DNA of 63,927 nucleotides, filler included, from Ionaspis alba (lineage: Eukaryota): assembly GCA_964255285.1 (NCBI GenBank). It is 3 parts of 3 records of this genome, joined end to end, with 100 filler letters (N's around TTAATTAATTAA, not from the genome) between each part and the next. Parts side by side here need not be neighbours in the genome. Positions count along the whole stretch, not along the records: positions 1 to 22,739 come from CAXUUL010000198.1; 2 more parts are not named here. One strand, written 5' to 3'. Position 1 is the first letter of the stretch. Every line of letters begins with the position of its first letter. The notes below the pieces were generated by a model. That model was not told the DNA's origin and made no database searches. It was given only the letters and a program-made list of their open reading frames with translations. The translations under genes and the position numbers were made by a program. Shown piece by piece: positions 1-11,240 of the stretch.

Positions 1-201
1 TGAGATGCATCGCTACAGCCTCTACCAGCAACATTCAACGTCATGTCTTCATTGACAACCAGGAAAATATCTGGAATACCATTGCAACCCAACGGCCTTC
101 CATCTATAACTGTTATCATTATTGGGTTTCATCAAGATCTTGCAGCTCATGTCATAAACCATTTCCTTTGCTTGGGCAGAAAATGTGAATTGAGTTTAGA
201 T

Positions 202-2628
202 TCACGCGGTTGGTGCTTCCGGCTGTTCGGATGATGGCTCCTGCTTGGAGGACTCCGCTCCCTGTTCTTCTGTCTTGACCTCGGACTTGCCACTCCTATA
301 AGGTAGCTTCTCGGTGACCATCTGGAAGTACGACTTCTGGCTACCGGTTTTGTCCTTCTCCGTTTGACCGTCTTCACCTTGGGCAGCGGGAGCCGCCTCA
401 GGCTTCTTACCTCCGTAAGGCAGCCTTTCAGCTGCCATCTGATAGTATGATTTTGGAGCCTTCTCCTTGCCGTCCTTGCCAATATAGTCCCCACCGGTCT
501 TGGATCTACTGCTGATATAGAGTTGTTCTGCCGCTCTTGTGAGCAACGACTTCTGTGTCTTCTCTTGGACTTCCTTTTCCATATTGTCCGCCTCCTTGTC
601 ACCTTCTTCACCTTCGCCCTTTCTTTCGAGATCGCCCATTTTGAGCTGTTTCTGGACGAGATTCTTCTTCTCTTCCTCCTCTTCCATGAGTTTGAGCGCC
701 GCCTTTTCCTTTTCGACTTCCTCAATCTCAATGTCCTCGAATCCGATCTTTTCCAGTATACTACCGACTAGGTACCTATACCTGAGATGTCCACTAACCG
801 TATCGCTGACGTCCACGTTCTCCACACTGGGAAGACCTTCGACCTTCTGTAGCCCGGCCACTCCCAATTGAATGCTGCTTGTCCGATACATGAAGCCGAG
901 GACGTAGTCATTCGTCGAAAAAACGTTCACGAGCCTGCCACTGACAACGCTCCTCATGATCCTCCAATCTTTCGTGTCACTCGGCGTTGGGGCCCCGATG
1001 AAGACTACGCTCTCGATCAAGCCGAAAGCTTTTCTTCGTGACAAGCTCATCAGGCAGGAGTATATGACTCTTGCTCCAAGCGAATATCCAATCAGTGAGA
1101 CCGGTCTTTCTCCTTGTGCCTTGTTAATCAAAGCGTCGGCCAAGACTTCACCTGTCTTCTCTGCGCGGCTCTTGGCGACACTAAACGGGTTGTCCAATAC
1201 TCTGCTGACCTTTAGAAGACCGATGGGCCACATTGCGCCAGCTAGCTCTGCAAATATCGTCCTACCAACAATCTCTTTCTGAGCATAACCCCAGGCAGCA
1301 CTACTCACCATAGTGTGCATGCTGTTACCCAGATTCATAAGCGCTTCCAATTCCCACCGGAGAGCAAAGACCTCTGCACCTTTTCCGACCACTTTCCAAG
1401 GTGTGACGACTTCGTCTTTTTCGGTCAGCCATCCGCTGATGCCAATGGTGACTCTCAAGCGTCTATGACCGCTCTCTTCAGCAGCCTCTTCTTCTTTCCC
1501 TTCAAATCTCTTCCGCTCTCCTCGGACAGGCAAGAATGCAAAATCTTCCACCTCACGTGCATAATTGTCCATCATCTGGCCGGTCATCCTTCCACCGTAC
1601 GCGCCGAACAAGCCGCCAACAATAACAGTGCTTCCTGCCACACTGCCCAAGTAACCCGCTGCAGCCGTGGCTCCTAGGCCCAAGCCTCCCATGACACTTC
1701 CGACGCCAGCGGCAACCAACGGCGCCGCCAACCCACCGGTGATACCGATCACGGCAGCTCCCGCAACGGAAGCAAGCCCGACCTTCCATTTGCGAGATTG
1801 TTGATTTTCCGCCGCTCTCTTCTGGGTTTCCGTATCGCCGGAGAGCTCTTTTGCGGCTTCCAGTAGGCCTTTAGCCACTTTCTCCTCGTCATTGTTCAAA
1901 ACAGAAAGACTGAGATGCAATGAAGAGGTAAGGTGAAGAAGGAGGACCCTGGAAGGAGATATGTAGTGCTCCAATGATAGAAGGAGAAGAAGCATCGAAT
2001 GGATGATCATTATCTTTTTCGATTCTTCGAGAGAGGCAAGTGGTGTAGAGATTGGTGGGTATAGATCTTGTAGAGTTGCTGCAGTATTTGACTTTTCCGT
2101 CGACTGGTCGGTCGGCTTCTCGGGGTCAATCTTTTTATCGGTAGGTTCATGAGCTTTTGCTTTTTCCTGGGACGCCGACGGGTCATCGATTTGTGAAGAT
2201 GCCGTCTTCTTCGAGTTGACAACCTCGCCAACGCGCTGGATGACGCCTTCTCGCCATTCATCAAAGAAGTGTAACGATGCTTCCTTGAGTTCCATCATCT
2301 TGGGAGCACTGAGCTCCTTCTCCCGTTGCTCCATTAACTTTCGTTCGCGATCATATTGTTCGACATCAACATTGCTGGTATCGATGTTGGGATTCATGAT
2401 CTTATCATCCTCCGAGGTCAGCTCGTCGACCAGATCTCGAGAAAGTGTTGCTGTTGCGTCGAAGTTTGTTTCTAAAGTCTTGCGCATCGAAGCGGTGGCA
2501 CTCGCAATCAAGAGAGTCAATTCGCTTCGCTGGTTAGAGGATAGCACGGTCGTGAGAGATTCTTCCTTGTCTTCATTTTTCTTCTCTTGCTGAGAATGAT
2601 CTTGAGACCTGTCTTCGGAAGAAGTCAT
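202..2628 (-). CDS. DUF726 (TMCO4/Mil1-like) membrane protein with alpha/beta-hydrolase-like region, single exon
   Basis: 808-aa ORF; hydrophobic GLASVAGAAVIGITGGLAAPLVAAG segment; RPVSLIGYSLGARVI lipase-like GxSxG motif; SGHLRY. Confidence 0.88.
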   Translation of the reverse strand: MTSSEDRSQDHSQQEKKNEDKEESLTTVLSSNQRSELTLLIASATASMRKTLETNFDATATLSRDLVDELTSEDDKIMNPNIDTSNVDVEQYDRERKLMEQREKELSAPKMMELKEASLHFFDEWREGVIQRVGEVVNSKKTASSQIDDPSASQEKAKAHEPTDKKIDPEKPTDQSTEKSNTAATLQDLYPPISTPLASLEESKKIMIIHSMLLLLLSLEHYISPSRVLLLHLTSSLHLSLSVLNNDEEKVAKGLLEAAKELSGDTETQKRAAENQQSRKWKVGLASVAGAAVIGITGGLAAPLVAAGVGSVMGGLGLGATAAAGYLGSVAGSTVIVGGLFGAYGGRMTGQMMDNYAREVEDFAFLPVRGERKRFEGKEEEAAEESGHRRLRVTIGISGWLTEKDEVVTPWKVVGKGAEVFALRWELEALMNLGNSMHTMVSSAAWGYAQKEIVGRTIFAELAGAMWPIGLLKVSRVLDNPFSVAKSRAEKTGEVLADALINKAQGERPVSLIGYSLGARVIYSCLMSLSRRKAFGLIESVVFIGAPTPSDTKDWRIMRSVVSGRLVNVFSTNDYVLGFMYRTSSIQLGVAGLQKVEGLPSVENVDVSDTVSGHLRYRYLVGSILEKIGFEDIEIEEVEKEKAALKLMEEEEEKKNLVQKQLKMGDLERKGEGEEGDKEADNMEKEVQEKTQKSLLTRAAEQLYISSRSKTGGDYIGKDGKEKAPKSYYQMAAERLPYGGKKPEAAPAAQGEDGQTEKDKTGSQKSYFQMVTEKLPYRSGKSEVKTEEQGAESSKQEPSSEQPEAPTA

Positions 2629-3127
2629 GATGACGGTTGAAAGCTGAAGACGCCGGTCGTAGAACTATCAGATATCGTAATGGAAAAGGCAGACTCTTTG
2701 GTGATAGGTATATTCGTAGAATGGAATTGATTAAGCTGTTGAGTTCCAGCTGATTGATATCCCACACATCGTCACCAGCAGTTAAGGCATCGCGGGGCTA
2801 CCCTATGACGTATGATTCAACCTGGACCCTTGTGGCTGAAAACTGGATCCATCGAATGCCCAATGGAATAGCGGAAAATGGATATTAGTGTTACGATTAA
2901 ATCTGAATCGAATCTAGAGGAAGAATCGATTCCCACGAAGAAAAAGGACCATGAGTAAAAGCACATACTTGTGGTCGATACAGTCTATCGGCAAAATGCT
3001 GTTCTGTATGTACAGCAGAAAACCCTCCTATGGCTGCAATTCATACACATGACAATAATAAAAAAAAAATACACGCACAGCTCTGTTCAACCCCCTTTTA
3101 CGCGCTCGCTCCTGCCCCAGCTTTCGA

Positions 3128-5125
3128 TCAAGCGTCAATCAAATTCTCCTCTTCTCCGTTTGCGTCCCCATTGACCTGCTGAGATTTGCCATCGGCCTGA
3201 TCAGCACTGTCCCTCGTATCCTTGTTGCCCTTGCCCTTGCCCTTCCCCGAGCGTTGGTAGAATTCGTCCAAGACCTTCTTGGGAATGCGGTTGAGTAATT
3301 CCTTCGGATAGATTCTCAAGAGGTTCCAGGCAAGATCGATCGATTCGAAGACGGTTCGCGACTCGTAAGCGGATTGTGAAATGAAAGTTCGCTCGAATTT
3401 TTCGAGGAACTCCAACGAAAGCTTATCTTCCGACGACAGAGCCTCCTCTCCGACGACTGCCTTCATCGAAGCTAGCTGGAAGTGAGTACTGCACTCCATC
3501 AGGCTTGCAATCCGAGGAACTTACCGGCGTCTCGACCAATGGCATATTTGGCGTACAATTGATTCGATACATCACCGTGGTCTTTTCGGGTATGTCCTTC
3601 GCCGATTGCCGATTTCATGAGACGGGAGAGTGAAGGTAGGACATTTATTGGTGGGTAGATACCCTTATTGTGCAACTGGCGGTCGATAAAGATCTGCCCT
3701 TCCGTGATATAACCAGTCAAGTCGGGAATGGGGTGGGTTATATCTAAATCAAATGGTTAGCAAGCTTCCATGCAATTTCGAAGATAGTGATTTCTACCGT
3801 CATTGGGCATAGTCAAGATAGGTATCTGAGTGATGGAGCCATTGCGGCCTTCTACACGGCCGGCACGTTCATAAATGGTAGACAGATCCGTGTACATGTA
3901 ACCTGGATAGCCACGACGACCTGGCACTTCTTCTCTGGCTGCGGATACCTCACGCAAGGCGTCGCAGTAAGCAGAGAGATCCGTAAGGATGACTAGGACA
4001 TGCTTCTCTAATTGGTAGGCATAATATTCGGCGGTAGTGAGGGCTAGGCGAGGCGTGATGATACGTTCGATACTAGCTCCAGTCAGGCGCAAATACGATA
4101 ATCATATGAGACAGGAAAGGTACTAACGTTGGATCATTGGCCAGATTGAGGAAGAGGGTGACTCGTTCCATACTTCCATTCTCCTCAAAATCTCGGGTGA
4201 AGAACCGACTGGTCTCCATGTTCACCCCCATGGCAGCAAAGACGATCGAGAAGTTCTCTTCGTGCCCGTCATGCACGTCCTTGGTGGGTTTGTTGACCAG
4301 CCCGGCTTGTCGACAAATTTGGGCAGCAATCTCGTTGTGAGGTAAACCAGCAGCAGAGAAAATAGGGATCTTTTGCCCTCGTGCGATGGAGTTCATTGTA
4401 TCGATGGCGGAGATACCTGTGGCAATCATTTCCTCTGGGTATACCTATCCAATGTTAAGGTCCATACTTCATACATGTTGCCTGCTCAATAGGAAGTCGC
4501 TCACCCTGGAGTATGGATTGATCGGGCTACCGTTGATATCGAGGTAGTCTTCTGCCAGCACCTTCGGTCCCTTATCTATGGCTCGACCCGACCCATCGAA
4601 GACACGGCCCAGCATATCCTCGGACACTCCGATCTTGAGGTTGTGACCCGTAAATTCAACTTTGGTCTAAAAGATATCAATGATTTGCCGAGCTCATGGC
4701 TTCTTCACAATGTACCTTTTTGACATCGATCCCTGTTGTGCCTTCAAAAACCTGTGCTCTATCAGCAACAGTGATGAGACGGCACGGATGCCTTAAAGTT
4801 GTACCTGAACGACAGCACGACTCCCTATATCATGTTATCAGTAAGCCAATGTCAAGCCTGACTATGGGGAGGCCTTACCTCTAGCTTCTAGAACTTGACC
4901 CGACCTCTCGGTCCCGTCAGGCAACGTCAAGGATACGATTTCATTATATCGTGGAAACTTGACCTATGGAGGGTTATTTTTATTTTCTCAAGAATCATTC
5001 TCAACTGCTGAACATCGACTCACATTTTCAAGGATCACCAATGGTCCGTTCACGCCTCCAATGGTATTGTAACGTATGCGAGGGCGGATAGAGGTCATTC
5101 GATGATCGGACACCTCAGGCGCCAT
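3128..5125 (-). CDS. VMA2: V-type H+-ATPase subunit B, multi-exon (includes a 20-nt micro-exon)
   Basis: N-terminus [100 protein letters not shown] introns restore the frame. Confidence 0.97.
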
Positions 5126-7869
5126 TTCTACCGCTGCAGAGATGGATAGAACGAGAGCTAGATGAGGGATAGGACACCTGAAAAGGAAGACTTTAGTCGT
5201 GGGGTAGATGGTGGATCCCTACACAATGGTAAAGCTCAATTCACAGAGGTTACTGGTGATGCGGGAGATGGTGATGCTTGGCACGATACCTTCCCCAGGT
5301 CATGCCAAGATCCAGAGATCAGCCACTCGGAAGCTTCCCAGGTCTGCTATGAGACCACGCTTTCTTGCTGCAGCCCCCATTGCCACCAGGCACAGTACAC
5401 AAGGTTGAACTACAGCCATACGAGGTGGGACATCAGTTTTAGCATTATGTAATGACGTGATATTGCCAGCGGTTGCCTGACATTCTTGGTTGGCATCCCC
5501 AATCATCTAATCCCCGATATCTATTGGATCACCAGTCGTAGTATCGATACACTGCGAACATTCTCTATGCTGTATTGGTATTTGGAATGATGCTCCAAAA
5601 TTCTGTTCTCAACGAGTTCGTACATTCCTTCGTTCTCTGCGCGGACTATTACCACAACCTGGTGCCACCCTGTTCTCCTATAACACCAGGACTAGAAAAG
5701 CTGCATGACTGCCACGAGTGCACCAAAATGTAGATCCACTGCAAAGGTGATCGCCTTGCCCAGTGTCTTAGTAATTGACGAAAAGTCATAGTTAGCTCTT
5801 GCAAAGGACAAATTGAACAGGAGGAATTATGAAGATATCTGATCACTTGCTCCTCATGCAGACTGGAAAATGCGTGAGTACTTCAAGATCATATCAGAGT
5901 GCACCATAACGCAAACGTGGAGATACGAGAATGTCGTGAAAGGTAACAACGTTTGGTAATATCTTGCGAAGTGGTGAAATAGAGAGTCAAGCGTTCCGTG
6001 TAATCGAAATTGCAATACCCACAGTAAGCTAAGATAGTAGAGGGTGGGAGTTTTCTACGATGTTTCAATGATGTGAACAAAGGATCCTCGGAAATTCTTC
6101 CTAGTGAGTATAAATATCAGCATGATTGATCATTAAACTAAACTCGGTTTCAACAACTGGTTTTGGCAACATGCTCAGACATCCAAGGAAGTGCTTGCCG
6201 CTCACCGCACAGCGACTTAATAGGTTCATGCACTGGCTAGCGTGAAAACTGCGAATGTGGAAATGTTTTTCATCAGAGTAGGGGAGAATTGATGCCGACG
6301 TAAGGGGATTGATAGCTGACCTTTGCAGTCAATGCTGGAGAGCTTGACGCAACACGAGGTTTCCCAATGGCAATGGGGCTCTCCAGCAACAAATAGTTCT
6401 ATGTACGAGAAGGAAGGACAGGCAGTATGGAGGAATACTAGAGGGGTCTTGGAGAAGGATTAGCCAGTGCAAATGAGAAAGCAACTCGAAATGGAAAACA
6501 AGCTACAAGTATGGTCAGACAAGGTGTACTGGCAAGTAGCAGATCACCCGGCGAAGGGTGATCCGGAAAGGCTGGTTTCTTCAAGGTCGACTCAGCTGGG
6601 AAAAGAAGACTTTTGTATTGGATGTCATCTTGCCATGGGGGCCGGAGGCATGTGTGCAGAAGAAACGCGAACGAAGCAAGCGTACCTATCAAAACATGAT
6701 CGATAGCATCGACCGTTCCATATCCATGGTAACGACCAGGTATGTTGACGATGATTGTGCAACGAAGATGGGAGACAACGGAGAGGAAAAGATCCTATCG
6801 GAGGCTGAGAAGGGCGGAGCGAAGAAGAGCGAGAAATTAATAGAAATTCTGTGAACATCTGCATTAGTGTGCACTATTTTTGAGTCAGCCCCCAGATCTA
6901 TGACACTAGTCTCCAAGCAGCTTAGTGCAGGGACTGTCTTGTCACATGGTGCTAAGCCAGCCTTGAAAGTAGCGTGCTAAACCGAAAGGAGCGAGGCCAA
7001 GACAATCTTGCCATAAATCCTGGGGGCCTGCTGGGGTTTGGGGAAAAGAGAGGCCGGCGAGCACAGCGAAGAAGCAGCGGCCTCAACTACTTGCCATACT
7101 ATTGCAACTACGACTCCAATATACTACTACTATCCTCGCTATCATTGTTACTACTCAACCCACACGGAAACATCCTCCCTCTATCCTTCAAGTACGCACG
7201 TCTCATCTCCCTTCTTCACCTAATAATACGATCTCCATCGACTGGTTCGTCTTGTTGGTCTACCATCCATCGTGCTCCCTTCATCGCGAACACGACCTCG
7301 CCGCCTTTTTTGCTCCAGAATACTGCTTATCGTACTAGGATCCGCCTGAACGATTCATCTCTCTCCTTCGTGGTTCTCAGCCTCAATTCCACACATCATC
7401 TCGACGCCGTATCGATCTGGATCAATTGCACTCTTGTCTCGGATCCCACCTCCAGATTTTTGACGGAAGTTACTGGCACGAGTCTCGTGCGGCTCTACCC
7501 TTCTTGCGCATCGTGCACCATCAAGACCCGCGCGTCGCGCATGCTTGCTCCTTGCCAGTCCACCTACTGTTGTTTGATTCGATAGATGCTGCACCTTCTT
7601 TCCCGAGGTTGATGTCGGTCATATCTCCTACGCTGGTCTCGTTAGAGATGGGGGACATATCACCTTGGTCTTGTTGAACAACTAATTCTCCGTCTGTCTT
7701 CCAGGGTTGGAAAGTCCTTTGAACAGTACTAGGGCTTCTCCATTCTAGAGGGGAGTGTCGTATCCTCACATTCACGTTCGGGGCACCTTTGTTTTTGACC
7801 TAATACTCCGCTCGATCGAACTACACGACAAATTACAGTCGCAGACAACTTCGGTATCATAACCTGATC

Positions 7870-8529
7870 ATGATGGCAAGCATGGCGCAGCCCTTTGCGC
7901 ATCCCGGTGGTATGGCCGGCCATACAGGCATGCCTCATGGCGGTCACCCAATGGCTCCTGGACATCCTTCCAACCAAGGTATGGCCGGAGGCGGCCAACC
8001 TGGTGTGTCGATGGGCCAGGCGATGCATGGCGCCACGGCTGCTGGTCCTGGGGTACCGCAAGTTAGCCAGGCAGGGCCGATGATGGCAGGCATTCCCCAG
8101 GGCGGTGGGGTCCCAGGATCGTCTGTGGGAGGTCCTAGTGCCCATGCTTTATCCCACCTCAATCCGGGTCATCCACAACAGATTTTCCAACAGCATCAAA
8201 TGCAGCAAGCTAGTGGGTCTTCCTTTTTGGGTCGTTGATGCGTACCTGTGGCTAATCTTACTCCATTCGTAGTTGCGAGCAATCCGCAGCTTTTGCAGCA
8301 GCATCAAGCTCAAGCTTTCCAACGCCTACAGCATCGCCAATTTCAGATGATGCAACAACAGCAACAGCAGCAGCCACCAGGAATGGCCGGGAATCCTGCC
8401 CATCATGGTATGACCCAGGCTCAATTCAACGCCATGCAAGCAGGTCCAAATGTGCGTCCAATCAATTTAACTCCTCATCTTCAGCAGCAGCTTCAAAATC
8501 AGCAGGCCCAGCAGTTAGCGGCACATCAG

Positions 8530-8564
<35 letters not shown>

Positions 8565-10773
8565 CGCCCATGTTCAGGCAGTTCAACAGCAGCATCAGCA
8601 GATGGCTCAGCAGATAGCAATACAGCAGAACGCAAGTCAGCCAGGGACCAGTCAAGGCCAGCCAGCTCCCCAGCCTCCGATGAGGCCTCAATCCCAGATG
8701 CCAGGTGCTCAGGACCCCCAAGCTTTGGTGGCTGCACAACAACAGGCTCATGCTCACGCCCAAGCTCACCCACAAGCTCAAGCTCAAGCTCAGCAGCAAC
8801 AGCAGCAGCAAGTGCAACAAGCCCAGCAATCTCAACAGGCTCAACAGGCCCAGCAGCAGCAGCACCATCAACAGCAAGCTCAGTCTCAGCTAGCTCAACA
8901 CCAAGCACAACAACAACAACAACAAGCCCAGCAGCAGCAACAGCAGCAGCAGCAGCAGCAGCAGCAACAGCAACAACAACAACAAGCCCAGCAGCAGCAA
9001 CAACACCAACAGCAGCAGCATCAACAAGCTCAGCAACAGCAGCAACAGCAGCANNNNNNNNNNNNNNNNNNNNNNNNNNNNNNNNNNNNNNNNNNNNNNN
9101 NNNNNNNNNNNNNNNNNNNNNNNNNNNNNNNNNNNNNNNNNNNNNNNNNNNNNCAGCAACAGCAGCAACAGCAGCACCAGCAGCACCAGCAAGCTCAGCA
9201 ACAACAGCAGCACGCTCAACAACAGCAGGGACAGCAACAACGGCAGCAGTCAGACTTGTCCATCCAGCATGCGCAACGACAAGTTCAAGCTGTTCATGCT
9301 GCTCAAGCTCGGGCTAATGTTCAGCAACAAGCCGCCGCTGCTGCGATGATGCAACCACGAATACCAACATCACTTGGAGGCAACTCGGTCTTGATGCTAC
9401 TTCAGTTTGGCGATCAGTTGAGCCAATTCTCGGTAAGTCCCAAGCCTTTAGAAGGTAAAATTCTGGTTTGTACTGACTTCTGACGCATGCAGGCTCCTAC
9501 GTCGCAGAGGACCAACGATTTGCCCATCTGGCAGAGTTTTGTAAACAAATTCTATTCCCCGGCGGGTATTTTACGGCAACAACTGTACGATTCAGATAAA
9601 GATGATTGCAAAATCTGGGAAATCGCTACGCCGGCAATACCGCGTTATTATTTTACCCATTTTCGAAGTGGTGTGCAGAAGATTCAAATGGTCATAGAAT
9701 TTGCGCAAGCAAAGGACCTGCAAAACGGTACCCATGTCGTGGACTGTTCCAGATGCAACTTCATCTACTGGTACGCAAATGGTTGCCAGGTAAATAACAC
9801 TCACATTATGACAAGATTATTCTATTAACGTATGTAGGTCATGACACAGGGTAGCTTACGGGTCACATTCAATCAGAATGGTAAGATCGACGTGATGGAG
9901 CACTTTGTCTCAATGCATCATGAATACGTTCCGCGTACCAAGCTTCAACCAGCACCGGAATCGCCTGAGCAGAAGTCGTCGCCCAGTCTTACCAAGAGCG
10001 CCGGCAAGCGCGCTGCCCAGCAGAAGTCCAACAAACAACAGGCTGCTCAACAAGAACAGTCAGCCCAGCTCAGAGTTCCGCCCACGGTCATCAGCTCGTT
10101 TGGTGTGACGAATGCAGTGTTCTATATGCTCGAGGTAAACTCATCATTTCCTCCAAATACCGAGATCTTGGTTGACTCCTTATAGCAAGCAGAAGTTTTG
10201 TCTAAGATGGAACAACTGTTCCAGTATTGCCACAAAAATCCTAGTATACCCGCGTCCGAAGCTCTCCGTCAATTTGTCACTACTTTGCAAAATACCAATC
10301 CAGACTCAATGAACCTCACGCCCACCATGCATCAGCAGGCTCTCCAAGCTGGTATGCAACAACCTCCTGGCCAGCGAACGCCCGGTCTCAATGGCCCTAA
10401 TCAATTTGCCTCCCCATCGGCAGGTGCCCACCTCAACCTCCCCATGAATACTACCTCCGCCTCTCCTGCTACCATCAACATGTCACCCGCCATACAACAT
10501 CACGCACTTCAAAATCATATGCATCAGCAAGCACCGACGAGCACGGGTATGATAGCCCAGCAAAGCCAACAAGGTACCAACACAAGTGTTGGCACTGGAA
10601 GCCAAGGCACAAGCGCGAACACGAGTCCCAATGTACCACACAAGCGACGAAGACCGTCCGGTGTCAAGACCGAAATGGACGACGGTGGAGGTGGACCCGA
10701 GGTCAACGGAACAGGAAACAAAGTGAAAGCAAGTCCGCGGCCAGGTGGGAAAAGGCAAAAAGGAGCTGCATAG
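7870..10773 (+). CDS. ptaB: LIM-domain-binding (LDB) family transcriptional co-regulator, PtaB/Mfg1/Adn1-like, poly-Q N-terminus, interrupted by an N gap
   Basis: Q-rich N-terminus; LLQFGDQLS...WQSFVNKFYSP...WEIATPAIPRYY...FIYWYANGCQ...HHEYVPR...FGVT LIM-bind-like motifs; C-terminal KRRR and GGKRQK basic motifs; four GT-AG introns. Confidence 0.8.
8529..9250 (+). repeat. Coding microsatellites: (CAGGCT)n encoding QA repeats and mixed (CAG/CAA)n poly-Q spanning a 100-N gap
   Basis: Directly visible at 8529-8562 and about 8900-9250. Confidence 0.9.
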
Positions 10774-11240
10774 AGGGAGTATGGACGATTCTCTTGCTTG
10801 TTTCATCCCAGCGTGGCGTTTCATCGGTCATGGTCGTATATGCCATGGGAGTCTATCCTTGCAGACCTCGAGGGCGGGACGATGGAGTCAAAGGTCAACG
10901 GGGCAATTGGCTAGGCCCTGGCTTTGGAAATTCTTGTTCCACTCGATGTGTAGATGTGCTGGTCTTGGTTTCCACCACCTCATAAATTTTGCATTCTATC
11001 TTAAGTTGCGCACCTCTACACTGCGTTATTTCTATCTAGATAATTCTTTTCCTGTATCATATCAAAATGCAGGCGTGTTCCCTCTTCCGAGAATACGTTT
11101 TCGCCGATTGATACACTAATAATATCGTCTTCCGAGCATGAGCTTTCGAGGATTGTATCAAATTTGACCAGATCCTATGATATGCTCACTCATCTGATCA
11201 TAAATCTTCTAGTGGCATGGAACCCCTCAAGTTCCATGAA

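Noticed and set aside
5200..6950. Several 60-100-aa ORFs between VMA2 and the LDB gene
   Set aside because: No motifs or coherent exon structure; treated as intergenic
8462..9240. Poly-Leu/Ala antisense ORFs
   Set aside because: Reverse-strand readouts of the poly-Q repeat
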